This document shows positions 25,534 to 38,525 of a stretch of DNA of 64,000 nt, piece after piece; positions within the stretch are counted from its first letter, which is position 1, and the number at the start of each line of letters is the position of its first letter. The translations under genes and the position numbers were made by a program. The DNA comes from Bugula neritina. Taxonomy: Eukaryota; Animalia; Bryozoa. The DNA is taken from assembly GCA_964035545.1 (NCBI GenBank), contig OZ037765.1, forward strand, positions 10,364,698-10,428,697, written 5' to 3'. The notes below the pieces were generated by a model. The model saw nothing but the letters and a program-made list of their open reading frames with translations. It searched no databases and was not told the origin of the DNA.

Positions 25534-27033
25534 TTGCAGCCTATCAAGCTTTATAAAACACTTGGATTATTTAATAGATGGGTTTCAAAAATATATTATC
25601 AAGTACAATTGATAACTTCATTAGAAAATTAAGAGAAAACTAGTGAGGTCCCCTCAAGTTGAACTTGCCTATGAAACTAATGCTCTACTTCGTGGCATAT
25701 AATCTATGTTTTATAGTCTATATCTTTCACATACACATTATAGAATATTACATATCCACATCATGCTCAAAGGTAAATAGTAGGCTTCAGCTGATTATTT
25801 GGCTCCAAGGTATAAAACCTGCATAGACCAAGTGTAAAATGAACTACAAACAAATATAACACTGATATCACGGCCTTGAACTTTGAACAGGCTGAATTTA
25901 GAACTTTTACCATGCAGTCATAAACGTTACCCTGAACGGATATCACAGATAAACAGCATTGCATGGCAATATAATAACTGAGCGTGCAGTGAAAGTTGTT
26001 GCTAAAAAAATTTTTCTACAGTGAACCTATTAGTTGCTCAGAATATCCTGGTATGCAAAACTGATTATATAATTGCTATTTAAATGATATAATATAAGTT
26101 AACCATTAAGATCTAGAGATTTAACACTTCAACATAATATTGTAAAAGGTCAAGCTCATCTTCCCAAAAATATTTAAACTGGTGATATATATTGGCCAAT
26201 CAAACTAAACTATTTCCCACTATTTGTATTATACATCAGTTTTAGTCATTTTCTGTTAGTTATACTCAACGCCTTTTATGCGTCAAGAAAACATGTTGAC
26301 ATATGGTATATTCAACAGGGGTGAGAAATCTTTTAACCAAGTCAGTTTCTATATATAGTACTTATTTTTTAAAAATTGCTATTCCTGATTTTAAGCCAGT
26401 ACTATATTACTAATATACTAGTTCACTATTGTATAGGGATTTATTTGCATATACTGTTGTATATACTAGTCATACATTCACTCACTACATTGCATAGCCC
26501 GGACTAAATGTTGACACAAAGCATTTATAAAGAAGATAACAATGTAGCCGGCAAAGAAGTGGAGCATTTTTTCTAGCCAGACCTATATAATGACCTTTCA
26601 TAGATATGGAAGCAAGTCATTGGTGCGCATCTAATCTGTCCTCGTGATATCTAGTCATATCGGACTGACGAGGAAGATTATATTATTTCAACTGTAATCT
26701 CGCTCATTGACAAGTTGTAGCTGTAACTAAGGCTACTAAATGTTGCGTGAAAAGTGAGGCTAATGACAACCCACCCTTTACCTCTTTGATATAGCCTAAG
26801 TAGTTTATTCAAGCTAGACCTCATTGAACTGCCTAGTCTTCATTGTATACAGCTAGTACGATAGTCTAGTTGATATAAATAGTTGCAAGGAGTTAGTCTA
26901 CACTTTTTATTGTGGTCAGCTGTATTCGTTACTCAAGTAACTCTCATGTGATTTAGTAGTCCCTGAGCTGTAGAAATCAAATACAATCGAACTACTTACA
27001 GTCTCACTGTACCACTTGTAGTAGGATTTGAAT

Positions 27034-30000
27034 ATGGCAGTCTTAGAAGATATGTGGGAAAATACTGGAACCACTGCATTAACTGTTGTATTGGGCTTGA
27101 TTACTTGTTTGTATCTCTTCTGGCCAAAGATATTGGAGAAAAGAAAATATCCACCCGGACCAATTCCTTTACCTTTTATTGGAAACAGTTATGCTAGATT
27201 CAGCAGTGCTAGATCCCGGTACAAATATGGTAAGTTTAGCTATTAATCTTAATCACCGCTTTAACATTGAAAGAAAATATGTGTACTTTGCAGATTAAAG
27301 AAACAGTTCTTTCTAAAAAAAGACGTGTGTAGTTTGGGTGGTTTTTGAAAAGCTGAAATAGATTGTAGCATTTCTTATGCGCATACTTGCAGCTTGTAAG
27401 GGTGCTTTCCTGTGAAATCATATAAATACAACATTATTTTCCTTCTAATAGGAAGGGGCTATTGAAGGTATAATAAATGATAATAAAAGTATGAGGATGT
27501 GGAAAGTTAATGTAGAGCATAAGCAAGATCTGTGCTAAACATATAAAATGTAGAGTTAAGCAGGCTACAACTATAGTTTATATTTATCTTCTATAATTTT
27601 CATTCATTGTTTACATTTAGGGTAATGAAAAGTGTCCTTATACTGCATTTCTATTGTGCCATATTGAAAAATGTGAGAAAAAGCATTTTTTGCAAAAATT
27701 CCACAATAGCTGTATAGTATATAAAGTGGATAATATTGTAGTGCATTGACATTAATCAATGTATCGTGTAACTTTAATTACCGATTGAATACTATTAAAA
27801 GTTGTCTTCCACAGTTGAACGCCTTAAGATTCACTTATTTCAAAAATGTACAATTAAATAAAATATTACATCATATACTTGATAATTGAGTGGGAACACA
27901 TTTTGAAGATTCGACATTAAAGATTTCATCAACACAACTTTGTGAAGACAACTCTCAGCTTAGACCACTATTTATAGTTTACTTCCGATCTAAAACTCTG
28001 CTTGATGGAGTTGTCATCCTACAACATTATAAGCAGTTTAAGGACAATGTAACATTCATGGGGTATGAAAATTCACGTGAAAATAATAGCAATTAGCAAT
28101 TATTTTTAGCTTGTATTAATTTTTTGTCAGCTTTAATTGTTCTGAGAAAATCCTATTTTAGATTCGAATTCTTAGAAATCTCTAGAACTTACCTTAATTA
28201 TTGGGATAGGAATCGTAGAGTTATCCCCTTACCTCGAACACCTGTTGTGATATTGCTATGGAGTACCAAAAGATATACATGGAATGCTTTGCTTACTTCA
28301 GCAACATGATATATAGTTGCACGTTTGTACTGAAAATGTCAAATACTAGCAATATCCACAACACAAAACTGAAAAATAGAAATAAAAAATTGCTGTCATT
28401 TCAGCAGCCACCTAATATCTTTGGTATTTCCAATGCTGACTCACCACTATCTATTACTCATGCCAAAGTTATGCCATTTAGATGCAATAACAAGGGGGAG
28501 GGGGATAGTAATTGCTTACTTTCTTTAATCTTCTTAATCAATTTTGTATGGGGGTTGCTGTGAAATACTTCTAACTAGAACATAACTTATCTTGCTATAT
28601 TTCTCATTTACAACAGTGGATTTTCTCAATTTCTTTACCTTCATTATGCAGTCTGATGAAAATTACTTCAGATTAAGAAGATGACTCCATGGTAAGAGCT
28701 TGGCACAATATTACAGGTTATATATGTATTATTTGTAGATAACTGGAAATCAAAATATGGAAATATAGTTTCATATGTGATGTTTGGACAGTGGACAGTA
28801 GAGCTGTTTGGTTATGATACTATCTATGAAGCCTTTGTTACCAATTGGGAGAATTTCTCATCCAGAAGTACCGTCCTCGCCAGAAAACCAGCAGGTAAAT
28901 CGTTTTATTTTTAATAGTAAAATTACTTTTGTTTGTCGAAAATGCAAGTTATGTCAGAAGTCCTGCTGTATTTTTTGGAAAAGCTAAGAATGTGTTTTTA
29001 TATATTATAATGTTTATAACATTGTTAAAGGATGTGGGTGTGGCACAGTTGCTATTATATTGGCATCACCAAGAACCTTGTTGGCCTTCAGTCCGTGATA
29101 GAGGGCCAGATGTGCCCCGCCTAAAACATTACTTTAATGATTAAACCATGTCTGCTCCTTTGTAGTAACGAACTGTTGTACTGAGTATAATATAATAGTT
29201 TGGCAGAGGAAAATGTAGAGCTCACAACCTCTACAATTGTTATATATTTTGCACACAGGCTTGATATTTGGAGATAATTGGAAAGAACTGAGAAGACAAG
29301 CCTTAATAACCCTCAAGGATCATGGGATGGGAAAATCAGGAATTGAGGACAAAATTGTGGAAGAAACTGGTATGTTTTACACTATAGCCAATAGATAATA
29401 CTGACATAATTCGTGGATGATTATGCATGTTTCACTAATTAAAATTCATCTCTTTTAGAATATTTGCTTCAAAGACTTTCGAGTCTGCAGGGAGTGCAAG
29501 ACAGTCAGGCTTTTAAACTCATAATGAGTGGTGCGGTTTCAAATGTTATAAACCAAACTATCTTTGGCCGTAGACTTGATTATGATAATCCAAACTTAGA
29601 GGGAATTCAACAGTTTGAAGGATTCATTACAGCTGCTGCTAGATCGATGGTCTTACCTTTTTATCAGGTAAGTATATAGAACATGATACATGGCTTGCAG
29701 TATTGTAGTTTATAAACTGTTTTGCCAATTGTCTTACAACTTAACTAACAAATCTTCAAAGCCTTATTGACTATGGGTAACCCGCAGAAGCAATTCAACT
29801 AATTGAGAACCAAGCTTTTGCTGCTCCTATCACTATTTTTACTAACTTTACTATAAGTAATTTACCCCAAAAATTGTGCTCTTTATATAGTATTGGCCAT
29901 GGGACCCTCTAAATCTGAAGCAACTCAGTAAGTATTTTGAAACAGCTCAAACTTTCTTCAAATCAGAAATTGAGCAGCACAAGAAATCTTTAGATATCAA

Positions 30001-33000
30001 TGAACCAAGAGATTATATTGACTCTTTCCTTGCTGAAGGAATCAAAACTGGAAATTCTGTCTTTCAAAATGAGGGTAAGTTTTAGCCATCAAGCTAATTT
30101 TTGTGTACATGTTGTGATAACACAACAAAAAATGTAATAGCATATGTTATTGTACAAAGTTTGAGATGTTTACCCTGCAGAATGCCTTATACACTATGTT
30201 CCCATTGCTTTTTATTATACGAATGGATTTTTCATTTGTTTGTGAACAGGCCAGTTTAATGAAATTACAATCACAAGTTAAAGTAAACCACAACTGTACA
30301 GATCCATTCGAAGCAATAGGAACACAGTGATAGTAAGGGCAAATTGCAAGATGAACTTCTTAAAATTATTTTTTATTAGAACAGAGTCATAAATTTACAG
30401 CTGAGAGTAGATCTGTGCACAGTTAGCTGTGTACCTAATACGTGTCCTATGTATGTTTTCAGGAGACCTTCAGAGTTCTATCAGTCAACTGTATTTGGCT
30501 GGACACGATACCAGCAGCACTACTTTGACATGGGCTTTCTTGTTTCTAGTCAACTATCCTAAATCTCAAGATATTATATATGAAGAAATCCAAAAGACTG
30601 TTGGTGAGTTGAAGCACACATGTATTTTAATAACTTATAGCAAGACAATATAATACTTTAACTGTTGAGTGAAAAAGCAAATTAAATGATTATAATGGAG
30701 ATATGTGTTATGGTCGACTAACATGATTATTACGTTTAAAGGATTGCTCTATCTTGTCTAATAAATGGCCATTTAGGTCAAACACACACAATATTGTGTT
30801 TTTCTAAGCATGCATTGACAAAAAGCATTTGACCAAAGGTAGAAAAAGTTAGTTGAAGTTGAGGGTGTAGATTGGTAACAGCCAAAACGCCGATTTTGAA
30901 ATGAGCTGGGAACTGTGACGTAACAGCGCCAGCATTCCTGCTGGTCACGTGACTATACAAATGAATTACTATAGAAATATGACTGTGAGATGTGATCTTT
31001 CAGCTCGTAATTTGTATATTTATAGAAGTGCAAATGTGAATTCTCTTAATCTATAGCTTTTTGACATTTTAAATAACATGTATGTAATAACATTAGGCTA
31101 TATTTTGCTTGTAACCATTAGAAAAAAGCATTGCAAAAGCATGCATTCTTTAGGATGAATGCCTGCAATCGATCTAAACTAGGTCAGATTGTGCAATATT
31201 ACGGGCGCACCAAAGTTGACCTATATAGCGCACTGTAACTGCTTGAGCGTTATTGGTTGATATTGTGCTCAGCAACCTTGAATACTAGCGTTATAGTTAG
31301 CACGTGCAGCATAGTTACTGGCGTTCACACGTCACGTATTAGGCTATTCTTTTTCATGGCTGAAAATTTTACCGCCCTCAAAATTGGAATTTTGAAAAGC
31401 TGTTTTCTAGGCACATATCCCTTTGCAAAGTCACAATTGTTTGCATACACATTAAATTATAGTTCATAATTATAATGTGATTGTAATAAACTAAGATTGA
31501 GCAATCCTTTAAGCCTCACAAGAGCTATTTTTAAATTACTTGAAAGATAATTTATTAATTGCTAGTCATTCTGCTAAGCTGTCTTGGTTTCATTTTTATG
31601 TAACACTGAGTTTTTCATTATTTTTAAACTTTGACGGATGGCAGGATTTTTCATAGTAGTATTGCATTTGCAATACTCCTACTGCAGGTATATAATATAT
31701 AAATCTATATTCTGATATTTAAGAAAAATGTAAACTTGTATATTAAAAACCAATGCAGGTAGTCGATCAGTGAGTTGGAAAGATAGAGAAGAAATGCACT
31801 ATACTCAAGGGTTTATACATGAAGTGTTGAGATGTGGTGGAATCGCTGGAAATACTTTGCCACACAAGTGTACAGCTGACACTGTGATTGGTGGACATCT
31901 TATTCCAGAGGGTAGGGTGTTAGCTGTATCTTGATCTATGCAACAACATTGTATGTCTTATAGGATGAGCAGGCGGTTATATGACCAATTTGTTATCTTG
32001 GCAGCAATGCACACTTGCTGCCGACATGCTGTCTTCTCACAGAATCCCCTGTCTAGTTTAATTAATATTTGTTGTGCAGTTTTGTTTCCTATGTTTTAAG
32101 ATACATTTTTACAGTCCCTAAAATTTTATCCTGCAGTATAAAGTTTGAACATTAGTTAGAAAGTTGACATTATTTAATATTTAGTTTCTAATGATGTAAA
32201 AATGCTATGTAATATAAGACGTTTAAATATTTAAAATTGTCTTTAAACCATGTTATAAATTTTGTTTAAAATTTACCGGATTTCTCTCTAAATTTTTTAC
32301 AAATTACACATTGCATGGATTTTATCAAGATGGCAATTTTGTAAATGGTAAAATGAATTTAAACTCTTCCAGGTTAATTTTTCCATTTTGAAAATTAGGC
32401 CAGGGTAGTTTTTTCGTAAACATAAACACTTAGTGAATACATGAGAAAATAAGATTAAAATGCCAAGCAAGCAAGAAAACACTAATAAAGCTTCACGTTA
32501 TTTCAAAGTTTGGCTATTACTGCTACTTTCATCTATATCAGTAAAATAATATCACAATGAAATAATATATCCAATTCAAATTTATACCACATACTTTAAA
32601 AACATCTGCCATTATACTCAGTGGTCAAAGACTAATGTATAACAGATAACTCATGGTGACACAACTCTAACTTATGAGGAGAATCTAATTATCACCATCA
32701 AAGTTAAGACCATGGTGGATATTTTTATTGGAGTACAGTGTTTGAATATTGTTTTTAAATAATAGTTGATATATGTTAGAAACTATTATCAAATAATTTT
32801 GTTATGCTGTAGGTTCAATAGTGCTTGGTAACCTCTACAGTACATTCCATGATGAAAGTGTGTTTCCAGATTCCTATTCCTTTAAACCAGAAAGATATTT
32901 AAATGAAGAAGGAAAGTTTGTTAAACCAACAGGAAAACAGATGTTACCATTTAGCATTGGTAAAAGAGGGTGTTTAGGGGAGGGTTTAGCTCGTACCGAA

Positions 33001-33138
33001 ATATTTATGTTCCTTGTAAGCATTGTGCAGCACTTCCAGGCTAAGAGTGTGGGAGACAATAAGGCAGCTGAAGAAGGTGTTGATATATTCACACATTCGC
33101 CTAAACCTTTCAAGTTTACACTTGAAAGTAGAGAATAA
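27034..33138 (+). CDS. Cytochrome P450, CYP2-clan (copy B), ~491 aa; exons 27034-27229, 28739-28894, 29259-29369, 29459-29667, 29891-30074, 30463-30603, 31759-31911, 32813-33138
   Basis: Same exon structure and motifs as copy A (AGHDTSS, EVLR, PERY, FSIGKRGCLGE). All introns are GT-AG; TATAAATA at ~26874. Confidence 0.95.
30740..31508. mobile_element. Kolobok-like non-autonomous DNA transposon in CYP B intron 6
   Basis: TTAA on both sides (30736-30739, 31509-31512); TIR AGGATTGCTC(T/A)ATCTT. Confidence 0.8.
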
Positions 33139-34395
33139 AGAGTAAAATAATAGCTGGCATATGTTTTCTTTACATCATAGAGTTCATCTTCTAAATACTA
33201 TAAATTCAACAAATAATTCTTGGAACTTCTGGAGTTCTCAGGATTTGTGATATTCTGATGACTAGTTTCACAGAGTTATTGATCAAACAATACTCTAAAA
33301 TAATATTGATTCTAAATTCAAAAAAGCTTTAATTTCAAATGCATGCTTATATATGTGTATATTATAATACAGTGTCTGAAATTCCCAGACTTTTCTCTTT
33401 TATATTTATTCCTCAAGTACCCACCAACCTCCCTTCATGAAGATAAGTATAATATAAAATGCAATAAAATGAAATAAGCCAAAATGTGGTGACCCATCAA
33501 CAAAAGAAAAATATAAAACCAACTTATATTATGCTCCCTCACATGGCAACCAAAATTATGCAATTAAAAGTATTGCATCACATGAGGAGATTTTGACTAA
33601 TATTACAATTGACCACCATCCTGTAGCAGTTTTATCGGTCTGCCAAGGACCCAGCAAGCTTATTTAGATGACTGAACTTAACTGATGTCTTAATGGGACA
33701 GGTGAAAGTTGGTATTAATGTAGCTTATTCTAGTTCACCAACTTTACATATCACTAACACTTCAACTCATAAACCAACACCGTGAAGTCTGTAATAAGAG
33801 AAAAATTAGGGTAAGCATTATAATTTTAATACAGTATGATTGAGTAATATGTTTAATGTGAAATATAATATAATATGTAATATAATGTATATAATATAAT
33901 ATAATATGTATATATTATGAAACATAGCAAAGACAAAATGTATTAAAGGCTATTAACTCAGCATATAACATAATTACAGTTAATTACAAAACAAATTACA
34001 AGAGATTACAAAACAATTAATAGAAAAAGATAAAAGAGTATAGCGAAACTCATATTCTTCTTTAACTTGCCTTAGACTGGCTTCTGAATAGTGAATAAAG
34101 TGTAATAATACAGTTATTTCAAACTTATGCATGAATATCATGCGAGCACATCATATTTTAATGGCTAAAAACACTTTACTGACCAGGATTCAGTTTTCTT
34201 GACCAAGCAGGACCACAGTGGGATAATACAGAATAATGTGCACTGTTCCCATTGGCCACCCGAACTACCCCAAATTGGCCCCAACAGGTTCCCAGCTTGT
34301 ACAAACAAACTGCAATTGCCTTGAATAACTGTAGGAATGCTAATGGGGAAAATGTAAACATGAGCTGTAAAGTAACTACGAAACTGTTAGAACCC

Positions 34396-36215
34396 AGCAA
34401 ATTATTGTGTGGGATTGGCTATCACATCTCTGCATATCACTTATTCAATATATCACCATAAATATTTCTATCTAGCACATGTAGTGTAATCATCTTTCAA
34501 TTAAATATAATTATAATTATATAGTAATGTAAATTTTTATGTTAGTTACTTTTTAACTCAAAATAATTTAAGCCACAACTGCAAAGCCGTGTAGAGCTTT
34601 ACTAAAATTTCTACATAAATTTTATGACAGACATCACAATTGGAGTTCTTATTGGTCATTTACGCATTCGACTCAGTATGGAGGTGTGCTGAAGTTATCC
34701 ACTCTTACATTTAGTGAAATATATTTAGTAAAGCAGTATGCTTGTGTTAATGTAAATTGCATTCATTTGTTTTAGTCATATCATACAGGCTTTACTAGCA
34801 ATTGTGTGAACACTAGGCCTAGGGCCACACGGTGCGTATTTTCGCATGCGAACATTGAAATCACAAGTAGCAAAGGTGTCCACTGTACGTGTTGAGAAAA
34901 CATTCGCACTTGTCGCTCAGCATTCTCAACGCAAGTGCGAATAGTCTCTGTCGTCGTCACCTAATTGGCTGGTAGTTATTCAGCGAGCCCAATTTCTTTA
35001 TTTTAGTGCTACATTCCGGTAAGTTGCGTTTTATTAAAAGCGAGTGCGATTTAAAAATGAAAGCTTTATTTATCACGCTTCACTGACGCTACAGTGGACA
35101 CCTTTGCTACTTGTGGTTTCAATTTTCGCCTGCGAAAATACGCACCGTGTGGCCCTAGGCTTAGTGGTCAGTGAGTGCGGTAGTTCGGAAAGACTCAAGG
35201 GGTTTGGAGTTCGGACAACACTGCATTCAATAACTCCAAATTTTAGGCTGCAGCTAAAGATTTTCTACTTATACCCCGCGGGAGTGTGTTTGGCCAAAGG
35301 TCAAGTTTGATTTTCACCTAAAGCAAAAGACAACTCCAAATTTTACCTTTTGTTAGTACATGGTATAATTATTTTTTCTTAGCTTGAGTTATAACTTATA
35401 ACGTATGCCTTAGGGCCTGTAATGGTATCAAAGTAAAAAAAAGGTCGGCTTCTCAGATACTATAGTTACCATGTATTATCCATGCAAATATTGTACTTTT
35501 TGTATAACATGAGTAATTTACCAGACCATATAAATTATAGTATATTGACAACAATTTTAAGTATTTGCTCTTATTGCTTACTAGTAGGCAGATATGTCTA
35601 GCAGCATGCAGTTATCATAAATCCTTAGTTAGCATTTCTGTGCAAAAAATATTGCATCATACAAGGAAATTTTAACTAGTATTACAATTAACCACCATAC
35701 AGCAAATTATTGTGTGGGTAATTGGCTATGACACATCTACATATTTCTGAATATCACTTATTCAGTATGAGTATCACCATAAATATTTCTATAGTTTGCA
35801 CATTTACACAATTAAATAAATATAATTATGGAAATATGTAAAATACTATGTTGGTTGAATCGCAACTGCAGAGCTATAGAAGACCTGTAAAAGCTATATT
35901 ATATAAAAATTTTCATAACAGACTTTATAATCAACAAATTTGACTCAATTTAAAGGTGTTTTTACACAACTTAGCAGATTAACTTATGTTGTGCTGAAGT
36001 TATCCACTCTTACATTTAGGTAAATATATTGATTAAAGCAGAATGCTTGTCGAATGTGTGAACACCCGTTGACAAAATGCAACAGCGTCGCCATTTTATT
36101 TTTGCTGTTACGGCGTACGGTACGCTAAGTGTGAATAGGGGGTTAATTGGTAAATCATATCATCTGTTTTAGTCATAGCATACAGATTTTACTAACAATT
36201 GTGTGAATACTAAGC
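34396..36215 (+). repeat. Diverged local duplication (34396-34815 vs ~35701-36213)
   Basis: Colinear shared blocks agcaaattattgtgtggg, tatcaccataaatatttcta, gtgctgaagttatccactcttacatttag and caattgtgtgaa. Confidence 0.8.
34816..35161. mobile_element. MITE with ~70-bp terminal inverted repeats
   Basis: GCCTAGGGCCACACGGTGCGTATTTTCGCA...AGCAAAGGTGTCCACTGTA at the left end and its reverse complement at the right end; flanked by TA. Confidence 0.9.
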
Positions 36216-36631
36216 TACCGTATATATGAGTTTTTTTGAATTTTCAAGAATAGGTAAATTTAAAATATCAATTGAGAGGTAGCATAGTTTATAATATATT
36301 TAGGAGTAAATTCAATTTCATGAAACAAATATAAGTATAATTGTACATGCAATTTAAGTCATAATATATTACTGAGCTAAGTGGTTGAGTCATATGCAGA
36401 GCTTACATACACAGTATAGCAATAGTATCAACATATAAGTTGAAATAAATAGCCGTATATGCAAAGTGCACTAGTAAAATATATTATCATATAGCAGTAC
36501 ACAGAAAAATATAATACCATAATGTAAGGTTTAGACACTGTATGTAGTCAGTTATATATTATGCACGCTATCCATTATAGGTGATGCATCTTTAATACGA
36601 AAAACATAGTACCATACACTATACATGTTCA

Positions 36632-37345
36632 AGAAGCGAAAGTAATGAATATGTTAGAACTGATGAGAAGAAGAAGGCTGCAGTGGTTTGGACATTTATG
36701 CAGAATAGAGAAAGAGGATGATATTAGAAGAGTGCATGAGATGAAAGTTACAGGAAAGAGAAACCCGGGAACGCCCAAAGCATAGATGGCAGGCTACAAT
36801 CAGGACGCTCAGGACCTAGGTGTTGTAGTTTTATGCACTACTAAAGTAGGGGATTATTGTACACACGAGTTACTGCTGCATGCTTCACTATGAGGTTATG
36901 AGAAGAACCGAAATAGTTGACGTTTGTAAAAGAACTGTATTGAAAATCTACTCAGGTACAAAATAAAGTCATCAATAGTCACAAAAGAGTATAGATATAT
37001 AGAACAGTTACACAATATTATCCGAGTCTATCTGACAGTTATCCTTCGACTGAGGCTGTTTATATCCAAGAGGTTGGTCCTGATTGGCCAGTGGAAGGTT
37101 CCGGTAGTAACACCGCCGGGAGTGACGCAGTGCCGCATCACTAACGGAGTTGTAGTCTCTTGGAACTTTTATGCCTCATGTCCTGCTCTGCTGCAAGTGC
37201 TTAGGTAAGGGGTACTGGGGGGGGGGGGGGGGGTATACTTCCCACAGCCATTACACAGGGTTATAGGTGGAGGAGCCTGATTGGGCTAGGCTTTCAGCAG
37301 CCACCCGCTACCCAAACAGGACAAAGCGGAGATAGGCGAGAAAAA
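36632..37345 (+). mobile_element. 5'-truncated RTE-type LINE fragment with 18-bp TSD, interrupted by a solo LTR
   Basis: TSD ATACACTATACATGTTCA at 36614-36631 and 37346-37363. Encodes RRRRLQWFGH...RRVHEMKVTGKR and ...AQD/RWRSLI, typical of an RTE C-terminus. Confidence 0.85.
36821..37255 (-). mobile_element. Solo LTR (TGTAATGG...CTACAACA)
   Basis: TG...CA ends; CCAAT followed by TATAAA on the minus strand; near-TSD tagg/cagg. RTE sequence resumes on both sides. Confidence 0.7.
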
Positions 37346-38525
37346 ATACACTATACATGTTCACACATGGATGTGCATGAGAGCTCAGTCTCCTACTCTC
37401 CATGAAATCAAGGAACCTAGCTGTTTAAAAACACCCACAAAAATACTAAAACCTGAGACATAAAAATAATTTAATTTTATTTGGTAAATTTCAATGGGCT
37501 TTTGTAAATGACCATAGAAAAGTATATTTGTGAATAGCAAGATTTTATATATAGAAGTATTTTTATTACTTTTATACAACATTCAAGCATAATATCTTTA
37601 TGTAAAATGGTGATTAGATTAATGTGACTCTGACTATAAATATATTATACTATGACTGTATTACTATGATGAGTTACTCTAACTCTATTATTGTGACAAT
37701 CTTTGAGGTACTAAACTTTGTAACTTGAAGTTGTGTTTTCCAGTAAGTAGCTAGCTCACGGATAATCAACTGCCTTTTACTTCGCCCCCAACACTGATTG
37801 GAAAGACACTAGATACCAGACAAAACTTTTTAAGCATAATATTGTGTAAATGCTTAGTGCATGACACTCTATATTTTAAAAACTTTTTTATTGTTGACTT
37901 TTAATTTTAATAACCATTAAAATAGCATAATATATATTTAATGACCAATTAAGTACAAAGCAGCAAGTGAACTTAAATACTAAAACTGTACTACTACTAC
38001 TGAAATCTGAATACAAAATTATGAGTTACAAAAGTGGTCTTTTCAGAACACTTATTTAAAAACCTACTAAAAATTAAATAAAGAGCATAAAATGAGATGC
38101 ATAAGTAGCTATTAATGAGTAAGTCAACAACATTCTACAGTTTACATAGGCACTCTTTGGTAAATTTGATGGCACTAACACTACTATGTGATGATAATGT
38201 CAGGCAGCCAAAAAATAAATGAGAATATAGTTAAAACCAAAATTTTGTTTTAAAATTCAAAACTATACACATGATAAAACTTTTACAAATCTAACAAAGT
38301 TGTAAAAGCCAAAATAGGTTTAAATTATACTTATCATAAAGTTACATGCAATAGTTGCCTACCAACTAAAATGTACATAAAAATTATGCATATTAGCAAG
38401 AAAAAAAGCTATGTACAATAAAAATATTACGTATTCACAAACGCTGTATCCAGATTGTTAAGTACAAGTTTATACATGAGTTCAAAAAGTAAAATGCATA
38501 TACAATCGACAGAGTACTGTGTGCT

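Noticed and set aside
26660-26720. CTGACGAG as a hammerhead ribozyme core
   Set aside because: No correctly placed GAAA or stem II follows.
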